From an uncultured archaeon (GTDB lineage Archaea > Asgardarchaeota > Lokiarchaeia > Sigyniarchaeales > SOKP01): a stretch of 64,000 bases of DNA. The translations under genes and the position numbers were made by a program. Within the stretch, counting starts at the first letter, position 1. The number at the start of each line of letters is the position of its first letter. Below the pieces are notes generated by a model. It was given only the letters and a program-made list of their open reading frames with translations. It was not told the origin of the DNA and did no database searches. Location of the stretch: contig CAZALK010000009.1 of assembly GCA_964486045.1 (NCBI GenBank), forward strand, positions 96,001-160,000, written 5' to 3'. Shown here in pieces: positions 52,734-61,648 of this stretch.

Positions 52734-53070
52734 ATACAAAAAGCTAGAATAAGGCTTTCTTCTACTCAATTAGACGCACTTAAGTCGGTATGCGGACAAA
52801 TTGAGTCTGTGTGCAAAACACTTTCAAACCTCTTGTTAGTGGTGCGACTCACAGGGTATTAGAAAGAACGGACCTATTCCTCTTCCCACAAAAAGATTAC
52901 GTGTGCCAATATTAAAAGCGCCCTCTGGACAAGGAACTGCTACCTGGGCAAAATTTGAGATGCGTATTCATAAACGTCTTTTTGAAATAATTGCTAATGA
53001 AAGAAGCATGCATCTCATTATGAAGATTCAAATTCCCGAGTCAGTGCTTGTAGAAATTGAACTAATGTAA
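52734..53070 (+). CDS. rps10: ribosomal protein uS10, split gene: join(52734..52817,52849..53070)
   Basis: Exon 1 (I/M)QKARIRLSSTQLDALKSVCGQIESVCK; exon 2 SQGIRKNGPIPLPTKRLRVPILKAPSGQGTATWAKFEMRIHKRL...IQIPESVLVEIELM. Spliced product 101 aa. Start ATA 52734 (GTG 52722 alternative). Confidence 0.93.
52818..52848 (+). other. predicted 31-nt bulge-helix-bulge intron in rps10 mRNA
   Basis: outer helix CUGUG/CACAG, central helix UGCA/UGCG, 3-nt bulges AAA (52816-18) and ACU (52847-49); removal restores frame and length. Confidence 0.85.
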
Positions 53071-53074
53071 ATGT

Positions 53075-53833
53075 TTATAAATCATCTATTTTAATCTGAA
53101 CCGGATCTTTCGGTAATTTTGCTTTCTCATTAATTTCGATATTATCGACATAGTAAATAGTGCCAAGAACTTCCGTATTTTTACCAATTGTTACATCTCT
53201 GCCTTTAATATCACCTTCAACATGCGCCCTCCCAATGTTTACAATGTTTTTAGCGAAAACACTCCCGTGGATTATATAATGTTGCTTTTTTCTTATAGTT
53301 TCTGAAGCTCCAATTAGGATATCTTCAGCAACGACATTTCCTTCTATATGTGTTTTCCCTTCTATTCTAATCTTTTTTTCAGAAGATAAGTTTCCGTTAA
53401 CATTTGAAGAACCAGAAAAGGTTACACCTTGTTCTCCTCTCACAAAATGTCCTGCTTTGAAAGAACCAGATGCAATTAAAGAACCTTGGATATTAACAAG
53501 ATTACCTATTTGCGTTGAACCAGAAAAATCCGCATTTTCATCTCCATAAAGAAATCCAGCAATATTAAAAGAACCCGAGCTACTTACATCTCCATGCGCG
53601 TTTATATTACCTGATCCTTTTAAAGATCCTGATGAAGTAAGCCCATTACATTCCAAATCCCCATTAATTCGACCTGAACCTGAAACTCGTATGGATTTAT
53701 TTATTTTTCCACCCGAGATTTTTGCTGAGCCAGATACGCTTATATGTTCTTCATATTCTTTTAGGCTCCCTGAGCTACTGATTATTGCTCTTTTCTCATT
53801 TTGCTTTACAGATTCACCCTCTTTTTTTTCCAT
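53075..53833 (-). CDS. bactofilin-like (polymer-forming) beta-helix protein
   Basis: repeated (V/F)SGS.xIxG units; IEGNVVAEDI, VEGDIKGRDV. Confidence 0.75.
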   Translation of the reverse strand: MEKKEGESVKQNEKRAIISSSGSLKEYEEHISVSGSAKISGGKINKSIRVSGSGRINGDLECNGLTSSGSLKGSGNINAHGDVSSSGSFNIAGFLYGDENADFSGSTQIGNLVNIQGSLIASGSFKAGHFVRGEQGVTFSGSSNVNGNLSSEKKIRIEGKTHIEGNVVAEDILIGASETIRKKQHYIIHGSVFAKNIVNIGRAHVEGDIKGRDVTIGKNTEVLGTIYYVDNIEINEKAKLPKDPVQIKIDDL

Positions 53834-54018
53834 TTTTAATCACAACTAATAGAATTGATATACAGTAATATAAAATCAAGTTTAATAAAACATTTACTTA
53901 TTTCTTTATTCTAGAAGAAAACTTGAGTTTAATTAATCAGATTTAAATCAATATATAATTATAATTCTATTAGTTAATTAGAAGCTTACTTAACAAAATA
54001 AAACGAGAATGTATTGTA

Positions 54019-54744
54019 ATGGGAGATTTTCACACAAAAACGTTTTATGGGCAAAAATCAAGTTTATTAATTTCTAGCCCAGCAAAAATTACTCCTTACG
54101 TTTTCCTTAGTTGTATTAATAGGAAGGATGATGGGGCTTGGGAGAGGCCAGTTAAGGGGGAAGGGAAAACTGTTAAACTATCAATTGAAGAAATAATATG
54201 TATTTTAGAAGTTCTATATAGAAGAAGTGCAAATTGGAGAGGATTTCATGTATTTAAAGATCGCAAAACAGAGATTTATGCCGGATGGGAAGATAAAAGT
54301 CGTCAAGTATTGCTGATAAAGATCGGGAATTATATGAAGAAACTCAGATTTCCTAATTTGAATTTTTTAACGTTACTGCTTGAGCATCTATTATCTGAGA
54401 AAATAGAGTTTGCTACGAGTGGGACATTCGAATCTGAGAGGAAGGAAAAACAAGAAGTTGATGAGGAATCTGAATACGGGGTTTTTGCAGAATATATTAC
54501 GGCTAGAGATGGTTTACATATTGTAGAAACTACTGAATATGATACTTCTATAGATACCTTCGATATAAATGCTAAAATAAAAGTTGATAGTCCTAAGGCT
54601 TTAATGATTACGTTAGAATCTGGTGAGGAGTATTGGATACCTAAATCAACAGTACATTCAGTATATGATGTAAATAATAAAGAGATGTTTCAGAGGTTTG
54701 TAGTAGATAAATGGATAATTGAAAAATATAAGATTTCAAAATAA
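54019..54744 (+). CDS. hypothetical protein
   Basis: 241-aa ORF; C-terminal KAL...WIPKS motif. Confidence 0.7.
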   Translation: MGDFHTKTFYGQKSSLLISSPAKITPYVFLSCINRKDDGAWERPVKGEGKTVKLSIEEIICILEVLYRRSANWRGFHVFKDRKTEIYAGWEDKSRQVLLIKIGNYMKKLRFPNLNFLTLLLEHLLSEKIEFATSGTFESERKEKQEVDEESEYGVFAEYITARDGLHIVETTEYDTSIDTFDINAKIKVDSPKALMITLESGEEYWIPKSTVHSVYDVNNKEMFQRFVVDKWIIEKYKISK

Positions 54745-54825
54745 AGGATCTAGTAAAAACCATAATTTCAAGAAACGAAAAAAGATAATAACTAATTTTT
54801 ACTTCTTTATCTAATAATTCTCTGT

Positions 54826-55665
54826 TTGATTCAAATGGGATTCACTATTAATTTTTTGAAACAAATCACTTTAAATGTATTTGATGTAGTTTCTCCCCTT
54901 TTGGGGACAAAAGAAGCTGCTATAAAATCTAAAAGAGGTGCTGGGGGAGATATATCAATGAATATTGATATTGTTGCTGAAAATGCTATAATTGAAACGT
55001 TAGAGGAAGCCAGTATTGATTTATTATTAATTAGTGAAGAAGTGGGGGAAAAATTTATAGGTGATAAAGAAAAAGCAAAGGAGAATCAATTAACTTTAAT
55101 CGTGGATCCATTAGATGGGTCAAATAATGCGGTTAGAGGTGTACCCTACTGTTCTGTATCAATAGCATCAGCGATTGGTACAAAAATAAGTGATATCAGA
55201 AAAGCTACTGTCCTTAATTTGAACACTAAAGATATTTATTGGGCAGAGAAAGGAAAGGGTGCTTTTCTTAATGATAAAAAAATCCAAGTCTCTAATTTAG
55301 ATATTTCTCAAAAATGCTTTTTTGAACTCAACCTCCCTAAGGAAAATTTTATGAAAGTTTTTCAAGATCTAATGCCAATAATAAGAAAATTTTATCGAAT
55401 GAGAATATTGGGAAGCAGTGCACTAACTTTATGTCAAGTAGCAGGTGGTAATATGGAAGCCTTTATTAACATGAGGAATAGTAATAGGTTAGTTGATGTA
55501 GCAGCAGGATTGTTGATTTTAAAGGAAGCCGGAGGAAAATTTTTTTCGTTAAACGGGACTGAGATTGATTTTCCATTATCAATAGATGTTAGATTTCCAT
55601 TTGTAGCTTGTAATGCAAACTTAGAACCTTTCCTTAAAACAGAAATCCAAAATAAAATAAACTGA
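54826..55665 (+). CDS. inositol monophosphatase / FBPase (archaeal type)
   Basis: GAGGD, SEE, DPLDGSNN, RILGSSAL, DVAAG. Confidence 0.93.
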   Translation: MIQMGFTINFLKQITLNVFDVVSPLLGTKEAAIKSKRGAGGDISMNIDIVAENAIIETLEEASIDLLLISEEVGEKFIGDKEKAKENQLTLIVDPLDGSNNAVRGVPYCSVSIASAIGTKISDIRKATVLNLNTKDIYWAEKGKGAFLNDKKIQVSNLDISQKCFFELNLPKENFMKVFQDLMPIIRKFYRMRILGSSALTLCQVAGGNMEAFINMRNSNRLVDVAAGLLILKEAGGKFFSLNGTEIDFPLSIDVRFPFVACNANLEPFLKTEIQNKIN

Positions 55666-55682
55666 AATGTAAGCCGAATATA

Positions 55683-56843
55683 ATGAATTCAAGAGAAAGG
55701 GTACGGATTACATTAAACCATAAGGAACCCGATAGTGTTCCATTGGATTTAGGTGGAAACCAATCAGGAATTCATATAAAAGCATATAAAAGACTTATTG
55801 ATTATCTTGGAATCGAAGATAAAGAAATTAAAACCTACGATTATATACAGCAACTTGCAACTCCATCTGAGATATTATTAGAACGTTTTAACATCGATAC
55901 GAGGTATATTCGACCTCTTGGTGGCATGGTTAAAATTGATGATTTCGAAGTAGAATATGAAGGAAATTATGTTGGTGTTTATGATCAATTTGGATGTTTT
56001 TGGGGAAATAATGCTAATAAAGATTTAAAGAACATCTTGTATTACGATCCTGTTTTTCATCCCTTTGAGGATTTTAAGACAGTTCAAGATATTAAGGGAT
56101 TTGATTGGCCTGATGGAACCGATAAATCCCCATTTGAAGGATTAAAAGAATATGCTAAAGGATTACACGACCGAACTAATTTTGCATTAGGATCTGCGCC
56201 AACAGGGTGCATTTACGAGTACACAACTTTTCTTTTTGGTTTCACTAGAGCTTTAAGATATCTAAAGAAAAAACCAGAATTAATAACTGCTGCAATGGAA
56301 GGACTTTTACAATATTGGGTTGATTACAACATCACATTTTTGAATGAAGTTGGTCAATACTTAGATTTTCTGTGTATCAATGGAGATCTCGCAGAACAAG
56401 CTGGCCCTATAATGGACTTGAGGACATATAAAGATTTGATAAAGCCCATTGAGAGGAAACTTTCTGAAAAAGTTCATTCTTTAGCAAACCTAAAGATAAA
56501 TTATCATTGTTGTGGTTCAATCCCACAATTTATCCCCCATTTTGCAGAAATTAAATATAACGCAGTTAATCCCGTTCAAATTTCGGCATATGATATGGAG
56601 CCTTGTAGCCTAAAAAAACGTTTTGGGAAAAAAATTGCTTTTTGGGGTGGTATGTGTAACTCACAAGCTACGCTACCTTTTGGTAATCCTAAACAAATAA
56701 GAAAAGAAGTTAAAAGAAATTTTTGGTGCTTGAAACCTGGTGGTGGTTTTGTAGCAGCAAATATTCATAATATCACAGCAGAAGTTCCCCCTCAAAATAT
56801 AGTAGCTATGTTTGACGCTGCAAATGAATTTAGAAATTACTAA
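55683..56843 (+). CDS. uroporphyrinogen decarboxylase / MtaA-like family protein
   Basis: MNSRERV..HKEPD, YHCCGS, NPVQ, PGGGFV..HNI. Confidence 0.88.
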   Translation: MNSRERVRITLNHKEPDSVPLDLGGNQSGIHIKAYKRLIDYLGIEDKEIKTYDYIQQLATPSEILLERFNIDTRYIRPLGGMVKIDDFEVEYEGNYVGVYDQFGCFWGNNANKDLKNILYYDPVFHPFEDFKTVQDIKGFDWPDGTDKSPFEGLKEYAKGLHDRTNFALGSAPTGCIYEYTTFLFGFTRALRYLKKKPELITAAMEGLLQYWVDYNITFLNEVGQYLDFLCINGDLAEQAGPIMDLRTYKDLIKPIERKLSEKVHSLANLKINYHCCGSIPQFIPHFAEIKYNAVNPVQISAYDMEPCSLKKRFGKKIAFWGGMCNSQATLPFGNPKQIRKEVKRNFWCLKPGGGFVAANIHNITAEVPPQNIVAMFDAANEFRNY

Positions 56844-56846
56844 AAT

Positions 56847-57923
56847 TTAAGCAGGTACGTTGATTGGATAATTACCATATTTTCTCCGAATGTTTTGCAT
56901 CGATTCAAATCGATCTACTGTAACTGCGGGATTAATACTATGCCCCGAACCAAAAATATAGCCCCCATTTGGTCCTAACTCGCGAATTAGCCTTTTTGCA
57001 TTAGCTTCGATTTCAGAAATCTTTCCCATTGCTAATAATACAGGGCTTAAATTACCAGAAAATGTTATTTGATCACCATATTTTTGATGTAACTTAAAAA
57101 TATCATATTCTGGATTTGCGGTCATCGGTTCAATTGGATTTATTATATCGACCCCACATTTTATAATATCTTCAAAAATATCTAATAGATCGCCATCAGA
57201 GTGTAACATTATCTTACAATTTCTTTTATGGGCAACCTCACAAATTTGTTTTAACCACGAAAAGACGTATTTTCTGTAATTTTGAGGGCTCATAAATAAC
57301 CCATTCTTAAACCCATAGTCATCCCATAATAGAATTATCTGAGCATCATTATCCGCTAAAATTTTAACAAGTTCTACAGTGAATTTTCCCCTATCGTCAA
57401 AAACTTTCTTTGCTTGTTTTGGTTTTTTCATTATTCTTGAGAAAGTCTCAATTCCAAATCCCTCCCAAGTACATTCCATCATTGCTCCTGTAGCTGGAAT
57501 AGAAAAAACTTCATTATTTAATTCTTCCTGAGTTTTTCTACCTAACTTAAATTGTTCAATTCTTGTATTTAAATAAGGATCTGGTTGTTCCCAACTCTCA
57601 TATTCTTCAAAGGATTGAAATTCTCCTCCATGATATCCTGATAATGTTGTTCCATCTTTGTATGATTCAAACTTCATTATTCTTCCATATTCATCTACAT
57701 ATCCTCCTTTGAAAAATTTCCGTGGGAAGAGACTTACATAACTTAAAACTAAGTCTATACCGACTCTCCTAAAAAAATCATAAATTATTTTGTAACCACG
57801 ACCAACACTCTCCATACGATAATATTTCAAAATTGTATCGTTTGTAAAAGCGCTTTCAAACGCAGGAATTCTATCTGGTTCTTCATGATTTATGACTTTT
57901 AATATTCTTTCTGGTGCTCTCAT
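56847..57923 (-). CDS. uroporphyrinogen decarboxylase / MtaA-like family protein
   Basis: HEEPDRIP, DDYG, LHSDG, NPIEP, GGYIFGSGHSI. Confidence 0.88.
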   Translation of the reverse strand: MRAPERILKVINHEEPDRIPAFESAFTNDTILKYYRMESVGRGYKIIYDFFRRVGIDLVLSYVSLFPRKFFKGGYVDEYGRIMKFESYKDGTTLSGYHGGEFQSFEEYESWEQPDPYLNTRIEQFKLGRKTQEELNNEVFSIPATGAMMECTWEGFGIETFSRIMKKPKQAKKVFDDRGKFTVELVKILADNDAQIILLWDDYGFKNGLFMSPQNYRKYVFSWLKQICEVAHKRNCKIMLHSDGDLLDIFEDIIKCGVDIINPIEPMTANPEYDIFKLHQKYGDQITFSGNLSPVLLAMGKISEIEANAKRLIRELGPNGGYIFGSGHSINPAVTVDRFESMQNIRRKYGNYPINVPA

Positions 57924-58017
57924 TATCCCCTAATTCTTAAGAAGTAATTAGAATTAATATAATTAATAACATAGTTCTTGCTAAATAAATTATTCTTTAA
58001 AGAAGGGATATTGATAA

Positions 58018-58614
58018 TTGACAAATTTTAAACGGTTGAATCGGGAGTTTTTCAGTAGAAATACCATAACAGTGGCAAAGGAGTTATTAGGGAAGTATTT
58101 AATAAGAGAAACAGATAAAGGTACCATGGTAGGAGAAATTATAGAAGTTGAAGCATATCTCGGAACTGAGGATAAAGCTTGTCATTCTTATAATTATAAA
58201 AAAACCGAAAGAATAAAGATTATGTATGAAAAACCCGGAACTTTTTATGTTTATTTAATATATGGTATGTATCATTGTTTAAACGTTATCACTGAACCTG
58301 AAGCAATACCTTGCGCGGTGTTAATCAGACAATTATACCCAATTGATGGGATTGAACTAATAGTCGAAAATCGGAAGATTAGGAAGAGTAAAAAACCTAA
58401 AAATTTAACCAATGGTCCAGGAAAATTATGTATGGCTTTTAATATTACTAAAGATGAATTCAATGGAAATGATTCGGTTGCAAATGACTCAAAATTATTT
58501 TTTGCCCATACTGAGAAACAATTTGATAAAACTTTTATCTCTCTTAAAAGAATCGGGGTTGAATATGCCGAGGAAGATAAAGACAAGCTACTCCGGTTTA
58601 AATTAACTAAATAA
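58018..58614 (+). CDS. mpg: DNA-3-methyladenine glycosylase (AAG/MPG family)
   Basis: EVEAYLG, YVYLIYGMYHCLNV, AVLIR, NGPGKLC, RIG. Confidence 0.94.
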   Translation: MTNFKRLNREFFSRNTITVAKELLGKYLIRETDKGTMVGEIIEVEAYLGTEDKACHSYNYKKTERIKIMYEKPGTFYVYLIYGMYHCLNVITEPEAIPCAVLIRQLYPIDGIELIVENRKIRKSKKPKNLTNGPGKLCMAFNITKDEFNGNDSVANDSKLFFAHTEKQFDKTFISLKRIGVEYAEEDKDKLLRFKLTK

Positions 58615-58803
58615 CACGGATATATATCAAAAAAATAGTGTCTTTTATTTGAATTCAATGAGGAGTTTTCTATTTTTTTCTATTACAAATTTGACATTAA
58701 TGGATACATTTAAATATTAGAATTCTTCAAATATACATTGTAGAAAGGGATATTGGTTGTAGGTTTATTATACATTTATTATAAAATTTAGTAAGGTGAT
58801 TCT

Positions 58804-59256
58804 ATCGTAAAAGATGCCTTGAAGTTTTTTCAAGCATATATTAAAGAAATGATTGATATTGGTGGAAATAATTTACCAAAAGCAATTTCTACTAAATCTG
58901 GTGCAAAATTAGGTAAAATATATAAAGGAAAAAGTTTAGTTTCAGATATTGAAAGTGCTCTGAAACAAATTTATATTGCTTTGAAAGCAAAACCAATTGT
59001 AAAAAAGCTAAACGATAATCACTATGAAGTAATAGTTAAATACTCTAAAGGATTCTGCTTAATAGGAGGATCTAATAATTCCTCGCGATCGCATGTTTTT
59101 CAAGAAAATATATGTATCCCTTATACAAAGGGATTCTTAAATGAACTTTTCCCACAATACAAGTTTGAAGAGGATATCATTAACTGTATCCCGTTAAATG
59201 GACAAAAAACATGCCATTATAAGCTAAAAGTTTCAAACAGACGAAACTTCGTATAA
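58804..59256 (+). CDS. V4R-like domain protein, probable ATC start
   Basis: paralog of 59390; shared KDAL lies upstream of the track TTG; conserved C..G, ICIPY, C..CHY. Confidence 0.7.
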   Translation: MVKDALKFFQAYIKEMIDIGGNNLPKAISTKSGAKLGKIYKGKSLVSDIESALKQIYIALKAKPIVKKLNDNHYEVIVKYSKGFCLIGGSNNSSRSHVFQENICIPYTKGFLNELFPQYKFEEDIINCIPLNGQKTCHYKLKVSNRRNFV

Positions 59257-59389
59257 TACTTATTTTTTAAATCTTGGTTGGACAACTCTAATTAATAATA
59301 AAAGAATATAAAATATTAAATACTTTTAATCCGAGATTTATATAATTCTTTTTTAAGGTTATCACAACATAGTAGGTCTTAATAGTATC

Positions 59390-59842
59390 ATGTCAAAAAA
59401 TAAAGATGCTCTGAAGTTTTTTCAGGCATATATTAACGAGATGATTGATGTGGGGGGTCCTAATCTTCCTAAATCAATATCTGTCAGCTTAGGTGCGAAG
59501 TTAGGCAAATTATTAAGAGAACGCGGAGTTTCTGGTGTTGAAAATAGTTTAAGGAAAATACATAAGGTTTTAAAGGCTAAAACTAAAATCGTAGCAAATG
59601 ATAATAGTGCGTTAGATATCTATCTAAGATATTCAAAACGATTTTGCCCTATAGGGGGGAAAATCAATCCTGAACGGGCAAGAGTAATCCAAGATACAAT
59701 TTGTATCCCGTATATATCATCTATTTTGAATTCTCTACATCCAGATTTAAAATTTTTCCCCGTAATAAAAGAATGCATTCTCAATTCTAATGAAAAAACT
59801 TGCCATTATGAATTAAGAATGGAGGATAAAAAAGGGAAGTAA
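59390..59842 (+). CDS. V4R-like domain protein
   Basis: FCPIGG, ICIPY, ECI...TCHY. Confidence 0.75.
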   Translation: MSKNKDALKFFQAYINEMIDVGGPNLPKSISVSLGAKLGKLLRERGVSGVENSLRKIHKVLKAKTKIVANDNSALDIYLRYSKRFCPIGGKINPERARVIQDTICIPYISSILNSLHPDLKFFPVIKECILNSNEKTCHYELRMEDKKGK

Positions 59843-59860
59843 ACTTTATGTAATAAAAAA

Positions 59861-60154
59861 CCCAAGCCTCGAATCCTCAATTCTAGTGCTATAGCCGATA
59901 GTCATGCCTCTCCACACCCTTACTATAAAGCGTAAATACCTATAGTTACGGTTGTTCCATCCCTGGCCTAGCCGGTTTTCTAATTACAAGCTTATATCTT
60001 TCCTTCAAAAGACACTGCTCTGATACCTACCATTATAGGGAATGCTTCGCCGAGAACATAACGCTGGATAACAATAATCATGAAGCCTTGACCTGGGCAA
60101 TTTCCGCTGTGAGGATTTTACGGTCCGTCCAGCAATGGGACTTCAGACCACCCC
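59861..60154 (-). ncRNA. ffs: signal recognition particle (7S) RNA; ends approximate
   Basis: GC-enriched ~295 nt. Helix 8 CGGC-UAGG-CCA-GGGA-UGG-AACA-ACCG; helix 6 GUGUCUUUU-GAAG-GAAAGAUAU; 5' Alu-like hairpins with complementary GCUG/CAGC; poly-U downstream. Confidence 0.88.
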
Positions 60155-60261
60155 AAAAGGTCCATATTATTAAAATGAACCTACAGTTAAAAATTTATTG
60201 TCCTAAGAAACATAAGTTAATTATTGCTGAAATCACTGCGAATATTTGATGTTTATATTCT

Positions 60262-60420
60262 TTATTTTAAAACAATTTCTTTATTTAATTTTCGTCTTAG
60301 AATTGAAATAAATTCTTTTGTATCTGGAAAAATGTAAACAACTTCTTCCCCATCATCTTCAATAATAATTTCTCTTGAAAAAGTTCCGTTAACTTTAACC
60401 TTTAAATCGTTCAAAATCAT
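60262..60420 (-). CDS. small hypothetical protein (52 aa)
   Basis: MILNDLKVKVNGTFSREIIIEDDGEEVVYIFPDTKEFISILRRKLNKEIVLK; below track cutoff. Confidence 0.5.
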   Translation of the reverse strand: MILNDLKVKVNGTFSREIIIEDDGEEVVYIFPDTKEFISILRRKLNKEIVLK

Positions 60421-60534
60421 AAATGAAATATATGAAGCCTAAGTTCAAAAATTCTTATAACATGGCGATGATATCATAATCTGTAATCTCATAAGAAGAA
60501 AAAGTAAAAAAATTGAATAAGTTCTCACTTATTT

Positions 60535-61392
60535 TTAGTTTAATAAAAGCTGATCTAGATAAGTTCTTATCTGAGTTTCTGAGGTGCTTCCATTTTTAAT
60601 AATTTTACTGAAATACCCATTTAAATGCATTTTTATTTCAGTATTAAGATCTCGAATATCAATGTAGTTATATCTACTTTTAAGCTTTTTACTATCAATT
60701 AAAGGTTTTATGTGTTTCTCCACTAAATTTAAGATAAAACCAACTACAGCTCTATTCACTTTATTTTCATCATTCCTAGATAATTCATAATCACTGTGAA
60801 TTGCCATATCTCGAATTTCATTCAATTCTAAAAGAATTTTCTCCATACCAACCGATAGCTCAAGAGCTTTTATTTTATTTTCAAGATCCTTATTATTCTC
60901 AGCTGAAAACTGAGAGTTGCAATAATTCTCTAAATTTGCATAAAACCGTACTAAGAGTTTAAAAGCATCTTTAATTTCGTACATATTTTCAAAAGCTGCT
61001 AAATCTAAATCTTTCAATGAGGTATCGATTTCCACCTTAATTTTTTCCACAGCCATTGCTAAATATTGTGAATAATCTTCAAATGGAAATCCAAAATAAT
61101 AATTATTATATTTTTCTGTAATTTCCTTAACCTCTGGCCTTTGAGCTTGAATTTTTTCTTTCTTTACAATTTCCTTAACAAACTTTAAAACATAATTACA
61201 TTTAGGACAGTATGTAATCCACGAGCTTAAAATAACTTCTATAGGCTTAACACCTCTTGAGCTAATATAACCATTAAATCCTGATAAATTTTTTCCATCC
61301 GAAGTCGAAAATATTGATTCTTCTGGATAAAACGTTCTTGGAATGAATTTACTATTACACACTGGGCATTTTAATTTATCTTTTTGTTTCAT
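60535..61392 (-). CDS. Zn-ribbon + HEPN-like domain protein
   Basis: CPVC...CPKC; LNEIRDMAIH (Rx4H). Confidence 0.65.
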   Translation of the reverse strand: MKQKDKLKCPVCNSKFIPRTFYPEESIFSTSDGKNLSGFNGYISSRGVKPIEVILSSWITYCPKCNYVLKFVKEIVKKEKIQAQRPEVKEITEKYNNYYFGFPFEDYSQYLAMAVEKIKVEIDTSLKDLDLAAFENMYEIKDAFKLLVRFYANLENYCNSQFSAENNKDLENKIKALELSVGMEKILLELNEIRDMAIHSDYELSRNDENKVNRAVVGFILNLVEKHIKPLIDSKKLKSRYNYIDIRDLNTEIKMHLNGYFSKIIKNGSTSETQIRTYLDQLLLN

Positions 61393-61442
61393 AACTCAAT
61401 GATCAACGTATTTTAATTTATCTTTTTGTTTCATGACTCAAT
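61368..61442. repeat. 33-bp direct repeat (period 42) duplicating a gene start
   Basis: 61368-61400 and 61410-61442, 1 mismatch. Confidence 0.9.
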
Positions 61443-61648
61443 AATACCTTAAATGCAAGTATAATTCCTAATATATATACGGAAATAATATATAGAACAT
61501 ACTATATTTTTAGATAGATATAGTTTTAGCATAAAGGATTATTTATCGGATACCAATAATTATATTTTAATCTAAAAAGCTTAATATTTGTGTTATTTTA
61601 ATAGTAAGTTCGTTTGTATTTCTTAATTATAGATGTGTAGGATAAAAT

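Noticed and set aside
52818-52862. rps10 break as a single-base sequencing error or programmed +1 frameshift
   Set aside because: The downstream frame has its own TAG at 52837, so a shift must occur after it and would leave ~10 extra residues. BHB excision gives the expected length exactly. Not formally excluded without reads.
261-58658. Short track ORFs antisense to or nested in well-supported genes (e.g. 261..458, 662..958, 2962..3303, 10491..10805, 23888..24199, 32195..32611, 39214..39621, 41835..42248, 51758..52123, 58272..58658)
   Set aside because: Shadow frames with no motifs, overlapping confident CDSs.
59861-60154. RNase P RNA identity for the GC-rich ncRNA
   Set aside because: Lacks the GAGGAAAGUCC and AGAAGCCGGCU-type P4 motifs; helices 6 and 8 fit SRP RNA.
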